Shown piece after piece: positions 9,266-17,293 of a stretch of DNA of 32,000 nt. Each line of letters begins with the position of its first letter. The stretch's first letter is position 1. A model generated the notes under the pieces. The model was not told the origin of the DNA. It worked only from the letters and a program-made list of their open reading frames with translations, and did no database searches. A program made the translations under genes and the position numbers. The stretch lies in NCBI RefSeq assembly GCF_000015585.1, contig NC_008789.1, positions 1,380,001-1,412,000 of the forward strand. The letters run 5' to 3'. This DNA is from Halorhodospira halophila SL1 (GTDB taxonomy: Bacteria; Pseudomonadota; Gammaproteobacteria; Nitrococcales; Halorhodospiraceae).

Positions 9266-10360
9266 GCTGATCTCAAGAATCAAGCGCAACAGTCTTCGAA
9301 AAGGCCTGAAGCTCTTCAGTCATGGCCTCCTCGGGCGTTCTGAAGTCCAGTGCCTTGCGTGGCCGCTGGTTGAGAAGCCGCGCAATATCATTGAGTTGGG
9401 TCTGGCTCGGCTCGCTGAGATCGGCGCCCTTGGGCAGGTACTGGCGCAGCAGGCCGTTGGTGTTCTCGTTGCTGCCACGCTGCCAGGGCGCGTGCGGATC
9501 GGCGAACCAGATCGACAGATTCAACCGCCGGGCAAGCCGCTCATGGCAGGCCATCTCGCTGCCCCGGTCGTAGGTCAGACTCTGACGCAGGATTGCCGGC
9601 AGGCGCCTCATCTGCCGATGGAAGCCCTCCAGGGCGGCCTCGGCGGTACCGTCGTGCATCTTGCTCAGTACGACGTAGCGGGTCTTGCGCTCAACCAGCG
9701 TGCCGACCGAGGAGCGGTTGTAGGCGCCCTTGATCAGGTCGCCCTCCCAGTGGCCGGGCATCAGCCGCTGCTCGATCTCTTCAGGCCGATAGGCGATGGG
9801 CAGGTGCTCCGGGGCGATCGAGCCGCCTCGCGCGGCCGTGCGCCGCCGTTGCCCGCGCTGCGGTTTCTGGCGGCGAAGCGCCCGGATCAGCTCCTGCTTG
9901 AGCGAGCCCTTGGGATGGGCATAGATCGCCGCGTAGATGGTCTCGTGGCTGACGCGAGCCTCAGGATCCTCGGGGTTCATACGCGCCAGTCTGCCGGCGA
10001 TCTGCTCGGGAGACCACTGCCAGTAGCACAGCCGGTCCAGGACATAGCGATACAGCCATCCGCCCTCAACCAGCTTGGCGGGGCGACCGCAGCGGCGCCG
10101 TCGGGCGCGGTACTCCTGCGCGCCCTGCGTCGGGCAGTACGCCGTCTCTGCCGCGGGGTCGCTGCCGCGGGCCAACTCCCGGGTCACCGTCGACGGACTG
10201 CGCCCGAGAAGGTGGCTGATCGCCCGCGCACTGCTGCCACGGCTGCGCTCACTCAAGATGACGGCGCGCTCCTGATCACTGAGATGCTGGTATCCGTTCG
10301 CCATCGCAACATCCTACCCCGCTCTGGGCATGGGTGTTGCGCTTGAAAGTTGAGCCTACG
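9266..10360 (-). mobile_element. IS30-family insertion sequence (apparently intact copy)
   Basis: The left end is defined by the start of identity with the second copy at 18521. The imperfect terminal inverted repeats share CTCAAnnnTCAAGCGCAACA (9272-9291) and its complement (about 10336-10355). The right end is approximate. Confidence 0.75.
9273..10304 (-). CDS. IS30-family transposase
   Basis: 343-aa ORF with an N-terminal HTH (LSDQERAVILSERSRGSSARAISHLLGRSPSTVTREL). The DDE region (HWEGDLI...TYDRGSEMA...PWQRGSNENTNGLLRQYLPKG) is typical of IS30 transposases. Confidence 0.9.
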   Translation of the reverse strand: MANGYQHLSDQERAVILSERSRGSSARAISHLLGRSPSTVTRELARGSDPAAETAYCPTQGAQEYRARRRRCGRPAKLVEGGWLYRYVLDRLCYWQWSPEQIAGRLARMNPEDPEARVSHETIYAAIYAHPKGSLKQELIRALRRQKPQRGQRRRTAARGGSIAPEHLPIAYRPEEIEQRLMPGHWEGDLIKGAYNRSSVGTLVERKTRYVVLSKMHDGTAEAALEGFHRQMRRLPAILRQSLTYDRGSEMACHERLARRLNLSIWFADPHAPWQRGSNENTNGLLRQYLPKGADLSEPSQTQLNDIARLLNQRPRKALDFRTPEEAMTEELQAFSKTVALDS

Positions 10361-10847
10361 CCCTCTTGAGTACCGAGACAGCCTCGGAATTGCAGCATGA
10401 ACCAGTCCAAGAAAATAGCCGCATACCCTAAGCGGACAATAGCGGGCGGGCGTGACAGGCGGGGGCACCAAGCCAGGGCCGGGGTGGGCGGAGACGCGGT
10501 GCTCGGCATGGCGCCGGGCGGTTCCGGAGTCGAGGCGCTGGGTGGCCAAGGAGGCGCTGGCGGGCTTCGGTCGCCGACCAGGCGAGCCGGCGTGCGTCAG
10601 CACGCGGGCGGGAGCGGAGCCGTCGGGCACGGACGCTGGATACCGCCACCGAGCCGGGGCCGAAGGCGGTTCGGTTGCCGTGGTGGTATCCAGCGGGCAC
10701 TCCCCTAGCCGACGACGCCCCCACCCGAAAAGGACCGCCGAGGCTCCGGCGGCCCCGCGGCGCCGTGGGGCGGGTGGGGGTTCACGGCCACCGGACTATA
10801 CGCACTGGACGGGCAGTTCCATCCGGTGGGCTGTTGCACACTACCAG

Positions 10848-11432
10848 TCAGAAACGTCCAACCAGACCAGCACTTAGCGCATCAATCTCGTAACCTGCCT
10901 CATCGAGGTACTGCATGTACTCGAAGTTCGCGCTAGCGGCATCACCAACATGAATATCTACACCGGCTCCGAATGAAGCTCCGGTATCAGATTGGCTGTA
11001 GCTGAATCCGTTTGCCTCCGCAGTCATCTGCCCGCCCGTTAAGCCCACGATCCCATACAGTGCTAGGGCGTCCCCAACAGGGAGGTGACCACGGACATAA
11101 CCACCGAAGAGGTAATCAAGCTCAACGTCCACATCTACAGAGGTAGCACCTTCCGACACCGTTACCGAATCATCGCCAATGCCAAATCCGGCGCGGCCCT
11201 CTACCGATACGTATTCACTCACATACGTTCCGACACGCCCTACTAACCCTGTAAGGTCGGCATCACCATCAACAGTGATGCCAAGTTGCGGGACGTCATC
11301 CTCGCCATAAGTGGCAGATGCTATTTGGCCCCCCGCATAACTATCCCCCGCAGTTGGCGCTTGTGCCATCACAGCCCCGGAGAGACACAGCGCAGAGATG
11401 CCTACGAGCGTCACAGTCCTTGTTCGATCCAT
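10848..11432 (-). CDS. Outer-membrane beta-barrel (OmpA-TM/OmpW-like porin family) protein
   Basis: Signal peptide ...LSGAVMA/QAP. The body has alternating Gly/aromatic beta-strand-like segments. The C-terminal Phe (LVGRF) is typical of the OMP beta-signal. Visibly lower GC than the flanks. Confidence 0.72.
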   Translation of the reverse strand: MDRTRTVTLVGISALCLSGAVMAQAPTAGDSYAGGQIASATYGEDDVPQLGITVDGDADLTGLVGRVGTYVSEYVSVEGRAGFGIGDDSVTVSEGATSVDVDVELDYLFGGYVRGHLPVGDALALYGIVGLTGGQMTAEANGFSYSQSDTGASFGAGVDIHVGDAASANFEYMQYLDEAGYEIDALSAGLVGRF

Positions 11433-11688
11433 GCTCTCTCACTCCCCTCGATAGCGGCAATGTCAGCCCGGTTAGCATTGAACCCGAAAGATGATGTGAA
11501 TTCAAAAGGGATGTGCCTGTCCCGTCTGGCTCCGGCCACGGTGTGGCCCCGTAGTGACCCAGTCTTTCTACAGAGCACGCGCTCCGTCCAGTCACTCGTA
11601 GACTTCCGGCCTTGGGAACAAGCGTCCACCCCAGGCGCGTAGCCTCGCAACAACTTGGTCGTCCTAGGTTTGACGACACCGCATAAAG

Positions 11689-11704
11689 CTGAATAAAGTT
11701 ACAG
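11689..11704 (+). promoter_or_regulatory. Candidate LexA (SOS) box overlapping the umuDC promoter
   Basis: CTGAATAAAGTTACAG fits CTG-N10-CAG with an AT-rich spacer. It lies 28 bp upstream of the umuD ATG. A TTGACG -35-like hexamer is at 11670-11675, and TAAAGT (-10-like) lies inside the box. Confidence 0.6.
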
Positions 11705-11731
11705 CCCTGTGTCCGTGGAACCGCACCCGTC

Positions 11732-12160
11732 ATGACCGTGACCCACCTGCAGACCTGCGCCAGGGAGCCTGCCGCGCTGCGCCGCCCGCTCTTTCTGGAG
11801 CGCGTTGCCGCCGGCTTCCCCTCCCCGGCTCAGGACTACGTCGACCGGGCCCTCGATCTCAACGAGCTCTGCATCGAGCACCCGGCCGCGACCTACTTCG
11901 TCCGCGCCGCCGGCGAGTCGATGCTTGGCGTCGGCATCCACCCCGGCGACGTCCTGGTGGTGGATCGCGCCCTCGAGGCTCGGCACCGGGACATCGTCAT
12001 CGCCGCCTGGCAGGGCGAGCTTACGGTCAAACGGCTGGAGCTCCGGCCGACGCTGCGCCTGGTCGCCGAGAACGACGCCTTCCCGCCGATCGATATTGCC
12101 GAGCCGGAGATGCTTGAGATCTTCGGGGTGGTTACGTTCGTCATCCACGCCCTGCGCTGA
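11732..12160 (+). CDS. umuD: UmuD, S24 peptidase subunit of translesion DNA polymerase V
   Basis: [13 protein letters not shown] (Ala-Gly cleavage region), AGESM (Ser nucleophile) and LTVKRLE (Lys). The stop overlaps the umuC start (TGATG). Confidence 0.88.
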   Translation: MTVTHLQTCAREPAALRRPLFLERVAAGFPSPAQDYVDRALDLNELCIEHPAATYFVRAAGESMLGVGIHPGDVLVVDRALEARHRDIVIAAWQGELTVKRLELRPTLRLVAENDAFPPIDIAEPEMLEIFGVVTFVIHALR

Positions 12161-13431
12161 TGCCGGTCTACGCGCTGGTCGACGTGAACAGCTTCTATGC
12201 GAGCGCCGAGCGGCTCTTTCGGCCGGATCTCGTGGGGCGACCGGTGGTGGTGCTGTCCAATAATGACGGCTGCATCGTCGCCCGCTCCGCGGAGGCCAAA
12301 GCGCTGGGCGTGCCCATGGGTGAGCCGTACTTCCGTGTCCGCGACTGCCTGCGGGCCGCGGGCGCGGCGGTGTTCTCGTCGAACTACGCCCTGTACGCGG
12401 ATCTGTCATCGCGGGTCATGCGCACCCTCGAGGCACTCGCCCCCGCGGTGGAGATCTACTCGATCGATGAGGCGTTCCTGGATCTCACCGGGCTCGACAC
12501 ACTGACCGACACCGAACGCTTCGGCCAGGAGGTCCGCGCCCGCATCCGGGGCGATGTCGGGTTGCCGGTATGCGTCGGCATCGGCCCGACCAAGACGTTG
12601 GCCAAGCTCGCCAACCATGCCGCGAAGCAGGATCCCGAACGCCACGGCGTCGCCTGCCTGCGCGATCCGGCAGCGCGGGCCCGGGCGCTGCGGGCCACCC
12701 CGGTGAACGCGGTCTGGGGTGTCGGCCAACGGCTCGCCGATCGCCTGGCTGAGCTCGGCGTTCACACCGCCGAGGATCTCGCCAACTTATCGCCGAGGCG
12801 GATCCGTCAGCACTTCCCCGTGACCCTCGCACGGACGGCGGAGGAGCTGCGGGGCTGCGCCTGCCACGATCTTGAAAGCGAACCGGCACCCCGGCAGCAG
12901 ATCGTCTGCTCGCGTACTTTCGGCACGCCGGTTCGTGACGAGCCGGCGCTTCGCGAGGCCGTCGCGGATTACGCGGTGCGCGCCGCGGAGCGCCTGCGCG
13001 AGACCGGACAGCACGCCGCCGCCCTCTCCGTCTTTCTTCGCACCGACCCGCACCGGACCGCGGAGCCGCAGCACATGCCCACGGCGACGCGGCGGCTGAC
13101 GATTGCAACGGACGACACTCGCGACCTGTTGGCCGTTGCCCTTCGGATCGCCGAGGAGCTCTGGCGCCCCGGCCACGCCTACATCAAGGCCGGCGTGATG
13201 CTCGGGGAACTCCAGGCTCCCGGGATCTCCGGTGATCTCTTCGCCGACGACGCGGCGCGGGCTCGATCGGCGGACCTGATGCAAGCGGTCGATGCCATCA
13301 ACCGTCGCCACGGCCGCGCTGCCGTGACCTACGGCGTCCAACGCCGGGGGCGTGCCGAATGGCGAATGCGCCGCGACTACCTCTCCCCGGCCTACACGAC
13401 GCGGTGGACGGATCTGCCGGTGGTGGGGTGA
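12160..13431 (+). CDS. umuC: UmuC, Y-family translesion DNA polymerase V catalytic subunit
   Basis: [48 protein letters not shown] and SIDEAFLDL are canonical UmuC/Y-family motifs. Translationally coupled to umuD. Confidence 0.9.
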   Translation: MPVYALVDVNSFYASAERLFRPDLVGRPVVVLSNNDGCIVARSAEAKALGVPMGEPYFRVRDCLRAAGAAVFSSNYALYADLSSRVMRTLEALAPAVEIYSIDEAFLDLTGLDTLTDTERFGQEVRARIRGDVGLPVCVGIGPTKTLAKLANHAAKQDPERHGVACLRDPAARARALRATPVNAVWGVGQRLADRLAELGVHTAEDLANLSPRRIRQHFPVTLARTAEELRGCACHDLESEPAPRQQIVCSRTFGTPVRDEPALREAVADYAVRAAERLRETGQHAAALSVFLRTDPHRTAEPQHMPTATRRLTIATDDTRDLLAVALRIAEELWRPGHAYIKAGVMLGELQAPGISGDLFADDAARARSADLMQAVDAINRRHGRAAVTYGVQRRGRAEWRMRRDYLSPAYTTRWTDLPVVG

Positions 13432-13525
13432 GTCGCGATGTGCCCAGTGGAGTGCCGCCCCACTACCCCTGCGAGCGTTTGCCGTGGTACGTGTCCCCTT
13501 ACGGGTTACTGCCAAGGAGGCGCTC

Positions 13526-14254
13526 ATGCTTGTCTACCCGCCGAATGCAGAAACGGGGGTTTATCTGCTGCTCGGGCAGTTACGCCCCTACCTGCCCTTC
13601 GAACTCGCGATCGACTCCTTTGAGATCTGCCCGCATTCAATGGGGTATGCCCATTCCAAGCATCTGGACGCGCTCGGCTATTGGCTCCGTGACGACGAAT
13701 GGGAGCGCATCAGTATCGAATTCAAGCTTCACAGCAGCGGGATGCTCCGGGACCTAACCGCACATCCAGATCTGACCGTCGATCTCCTGGTGTGCTGGCA
13801 GGATGACGTCCCGGGGGAACTGACTCAGAGCGTCGCCTACGTCCTAGCGCTCGATGAGGTTCTGGCAAATGCACCGGAGGAGGAGCGGACCGGCGTTATC
13901 CGGAATCCGAAGGCGAGCGCCCCAAGGGAGCACGCCGCAGCCACTACCGAGGCGATCATTGCCCGCTTTGCGGAGCACAACCGACCGAAGGTCGAACGGC
14001 TGTGCCAAGGCTGGCCACAGTACCGCCCGGGCGCCAGTGAGCTGATCTTTACCCGCGGAACAAGGACGCTGTTTCGGGCCGTATGCTATTCAACGGAGCA
14101 TCTGTACGTGACGGAGTACGTCGCTCGCGAACAGCGCAAGCATCTGGTGGATCGCTTCGGGGGAGACTGGTACCAGGGCGGCGCGATAAAGGTTCCCTTT
14201 GACCGACTGGACGCGCCAGGCGTCGATCACCTATTGAGTGTTCTGGGTCCGTGA
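13526..14254 (+). CDS. Hypothetical protein; N-terminal PD-(D/E)xK-like motif, function unknown
   Basis: ATG at 13526 is preceded by AAGGAGG. The N-terminal half has DALGYW...ERISIEFKL...VDLLVCWQDD, which resembles a restriction-endonuclease-fold D...ExK core. I do not recognise the C-terminal half. The track ORF start at 13352 would overlap umuC. Confidence 0.55.
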   Translation: MLVYPPNAETGVYLLLGQLRPYLPFELAIDSFEICPHSMGYAHSKHLDALGYWLRDDEWERISIEFKLHSSGMLRDLTAHPDLTVDLLVCWQDDVPGELTQSVAYVLALDEVLANAPEEERTGVIRNPKASAPREHAAATTEAIIARFAEHNRPKVERLCQGWPQYRPGASELIFTRGTRTLFRAVCYSTEHLYVTEYVAREQRKHLVDRFGGDWYQGGAIKVPFDRLDAPGVDHLLSVLGP

Positions 14255-14719
14255 GGCGGGGGTGAGCGTTAGTGCCCACGGATGGCGTTATGCACAGCAG
14301 CCCGCTAGGCACACGCCCAAAGGTGGGTGCCCTGGCTGGGCTCCTCCTGGTGCGCGAGAACGCATCCATCGCCCCGCTCCACCTATGGCGAACGGTGATG
14401 GCATGCTCAGCCGACACCCTCGGGTCGTTCTCGGCGAAAACAGCAGGGCCGCCCGGGGTTGACATTGCCGGTCGCGGTAGTCATTGACCGCTCGTTTCTG
14501 CACAAGCTCCCAGCAAACGCCTCGTAACCCACTGACGGATGGAAGGGTAACGATAGGTTGCTGATTTGCCGTTGCTTTAGCACTGGCTACTGGTTATCCA
14601 GTCGACCTCGAATGCCCTCATGGCAAGGCTTCGGTCGACGTTCTCCACACGGTTTTCCACAGGTTTTGTGGAAAGGGGATCTCAGTTCTACCGCCGCGGC
14701 ACGCTCCTCCCGCGCCCAC

Positions 14720-15961
14720 TCACACCTTCACCTGATCGACGATCTCCGCCAGGCGGCTCGTGCCGATCCCGTCGACTTCCTCAAGCTGCTCGATCCGCCG
14801 GATCGGTCTCAGGGCGACGATCGCCTCGGCGCGCTCCGGGCCGATGTGGGGGATCGCCTGGAGTTCTTCGATGGAGGCCGTGTTGAGGTCGATGCGCCCC
14901 GTCGGCTCGTCGCCCTGCCCCGCCCCCGGTGCACCACGAGCCGACCGCGCTGAGGATGGCTTCGAGGCCTCATCCACCGGCCGGGCCGGCTCGATCTGTA
15001 GCTGGGCGTGATCAGCGAAGATCTCCAGCATCTGCTCCTGGAGCACCGTCCGTGGGCCCTGGATCAGGGCCAGGTCATCGGCCTCAAAGAGCAGTGCCGC
15101 CCGCCGGGACCCCTCCAGTTTCTCGGCCGCCACTTCGGCGAGCAGCGCGATCAGGATCCGGTGCGCATCCTCCCTCGGCTGAACGGCGGCGCGGCAATGT
15201 TCAAGTCCCTGGGCCGCCTCGGCGAAGACCTCCGGGGAGCGCGGGAGCGCGACCCATCCCGTCTTCTCGGTGACCCGTCGGTACGTCCGCTGGCCGTCCT
15301 GCAGCGCCTCACCCCGCCCCCAGACGGCCACCGCCAGGGCGAAGGAGGCGCTGAGCCGGTCCGCGTCCCAGCGGTTGATCGCCTGCTCGACAGCCTCGTC
15401 GATCCGCCGGCGCTGTCGGCGCAGCCAGGCATTGCGCCACCACCGCGGCAGGGCGTGCACGTTGTCACCGACCCACTGGCCGAGGGCGATGGCGCCGCGC
15501 AGCAGCCCGCCAATGAGCATCAAGAGCAGCTGCACCGCCCCGACGATGGCAGCGACGACCATGTAGATCAGCTGCAGCTGCGCCGCCTTCTGCCCCCGGA
15601 CCTGGACGCCGAAGGGCTTCGCCGAGGAGCGGTTGGGCTTGAGCCAGTTGAACGAGCCGAGCCGATTGCGCGTGGAGACCGTCGCGCCGCTCTTGGAGAG
15701 GTTCAGCTTGGTTGGCCCCTTCCCGTAGCGACCGCGCAGGATGAACCGTCCGTTCTGCAGGGCCACCTGGGTGTTCTTCGCCGGCGTTACCGAAGCCCGG
15801 ACGCCGCGCCGGGTGTTGGCGGTAAGATCCACGCCCGCCGCCCGGGCCTGGGCGCGCAGCGCCACGCCGCCGGTGCGACTGGCCCGCAGGTACTTGCCGC
15901 GGTGCTCGACGCGCCGCTGCTTGCCGTAAGCGTCCTTCGTGCCGAGATTAAACAGGGCCAT
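14720..15961 (-). CDS. Membrane protein with DUF4236-like basic N-terminus, one TM helix and C-terminal tandem helix-hairpin-helix (ComEA-like) DNA-binding domain
   Basis: GPTKLNLSKSGATVSTRN resembles the DUF4236 signature. The TM segment is LIYMVVAAIVGAVQLLLMLIGGLL. The C-terminus reads IDLNTASIEELQAIPHIGPERAEAIV...LEEVDGIGTSRLAEIV (two HhH). I chose start MALFNLG (15961), which is preceded by GAGGAG. Confidence 0.68.
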   Translation of the reverse strand: MALFNLGTKDAYGKQRRVEHRGKYLRASRTGGVALRAQARAAGVDLTANTRRGVRASVTPAKNTQVALQNGRFILRGRYGKGPTKLNLSKSGATVSTRNRLGSFNWLKPNRSSAKPFGVQVRGQKAAQLQLIYMVVAAIVGAVQLLLMLIGGLLRGAIALGQWVGDNVHALPRWWRNAWLRRQRRRIDEAVEQAINRWDADRLSASFALAVAVWGRGEALQDGQRTYRRVTEKTGWVALPRSPEVFAEAAQGLEHCRAAVQPREDAHRILIALLAEVAAEKLEGSRRAALLFEADDLALIQGPRTVLQEQMLEIFADHAQLQIEPARPVDEASKPSSARSARGAPGAGQGDEPTGRIDLNTASIEELQAIPHIGPERAEAIVALRPIRRIEQLEEVDGIGTSRLAEIVDQVKV

Positions 15962-16144
15962 CACGCTCCTCACCGGTGTGCCGTCATCCGCTATAGCGGC
16001 GGGCATGCCCTTCTACACCACCCCCGCGACACCATCTGTCGTCGCATTCGGAGACCATCCTTCCCGAACTGCGGGCTTCCCCGGACCTCTTTCAATCCCG
16101 CATGATGTGCCGTAGAAATACCTCGATCGCACACGGACCGAGCG

Positions 16145-17146
16145 ATGACCGACAGCCTTCTGCGTCAGTGGACGATGCTCCAGCACATCCCCCGCCAGCC
16201 GCGGGGGATCAGCGCCGGCCAACTCCACGACCGGTTGCGCTGCGAGGGCTACGCGGTCTCGCTGCGCACCGTCCAGCGCGATCTCAACACCCTCTCCAGT
16301 GAATTCGCGCTGGTCTGCGAAAGCGTGGGCAACGAGCAGCACTGGTCGTGGCTCGCCGATGCGCCGGTGCTCGACGTCCCCGGTCTCTCGCCGGCGGCGG
16401 CGCTGGCCTTCCGGCTTGCCGAGCTCCACCTCGGCGCTCTGCTGGCTCCGGAGGCGCTACGGGCCCTGCGGCCGCACTTCGAGGCGGCCAAGCGGGTCCT
16501 CAACCAAGGCGGCTCGCAGCTCTCCCACTGGCCGAATCGTGTCCGCGTCCTGACCCGTTCCCAGCCCCTACTCGCCCCGGACGTCGACCCGGGGGTCTAC
16601 GACCGGATCTGCCAGGGACTCCTTGAGGGCCGGCAGCTCTACGTCCACTACCGCCCGCGTAGCCGGGGCAGCGAGCTGCGAAGCTACCGGATGCATCCGC
16701 TCGGGCTGGTTATGCGCGATCCGGTCAGCTACGTGGTGGCGACGCTGCGCGACTACACCGATGTCCGGCAGATGGCGCTGCACCGCTTCGAGGCGGTGGA
16801 GCTGCTCGACGACCCGATTGCCCCGCCGGCGGGCTTCGACCTGGATGCCTACATCCACGAGCAGCGGGCCTTCGATCTGCCCGACACCAACGAACCCGTC
16901 GCCCTGCACCTGCGGATCAGCGCCGGCGTGGCCGAGCATCTTACGGAGGCGCCGCTGTCCGAGGATCAACGGATCGAAGCCTGCGACGACGGCTGGTGGA
17001 GCCTGCGCGCCACGGTGCCCCTGACCGCACAACTGCGCTGGTGGCTGCTCGGCTTCGGGCAGGCGGTGCAGGTCCTCGAGCCGCAAGCGTTGCGAGACGA
17101 GCTCGCCGCCGAACTTCGGGCTGCGGCCGACTTGTACGACGAATAA
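16145..17146 (+). CDS. WYL-domain transcriptional regulator (HTH-WYL-WCX architecture, BrxR/CapW/PafBC-like)
   Basis: N-terminal wHTH (LLRQWTMLQHIPRQPRGISAGQLHDRLRCEGYAVSLRTVQRDLNTL). Central WYL-type segment (LYVHYRPRSRGSELRSYRMHPLGLVMRDPVSYVVATLRDYTDVRQMALHRFEAVELL). Confidence 0.85.
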   Translation: MTDSLLRQWTMLQHIPRQPRGISAGQLHDRLRCEGYAVSLRTVQRDLNTLSSEFALVCESVGNEQHWSWLADAPVLDVPGLSPAAALAFRLAELHLGALLAPEALRALRPHFEAAKRVLNQGGSQLSHWPNRVRVLTRSQPLLAPDVDPGVYDRICQGLLEGRQLYVHYRPRSRGSELRSYRMHPLGLVMRDPVSYVVATLRDYTDVRQMALHRFEAVELLDDPIAPPAGFDLDAYIHEQRAFDLPDTNEPVALHLRISAGVAEHLTEAPLSEDQRIEACDDGWWSLRATVPLTAQLRWWLLGFGQAVQVLEPQALRDELAAELRAAADLYDE

Positions 17147-17293
17147 AGAACCATAACCGGCCGCCAACCGCGACATGAGATGTCGCAGCCGTTTGTTGTC
17201 ATTACATCATCCCGGGCAGGATCCGATCGCGGATCCGGGCATGGAAGCCACCCGGGGCCCTTTCCAAAGAAACCGGGGGAGCGCTCTGCGATC

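Noticed and set aside
9006-10346. 446-aa + strand ORF
   Set aside because: It is antisense to the IS30 transposase. The same antisense frame appears in the second IS30 copy, so it is a GC artefact.
10397-10893. Overlapping ORFs of 72-141 aa on both strands in the GC-rich spacer
   Set aside because: The translations are Arg/Gly/Pro/Ala low-complexity with no RBS and no motifs. The region is better explained as non-coding structured or repeat DNA (see the finding for 10361-10847).
11699-13527. Minus-strand ORFs 11699-12409, 12485-13108 and 12787-13527
   Set aside because: They are antisense to umuD and umuC, which have unambiguous motifs on the + strand.
15008-16105. 365-aa + strand ORF
   Set aside because: It is antisense to the DUF4236/HhH gene and has no motifs.
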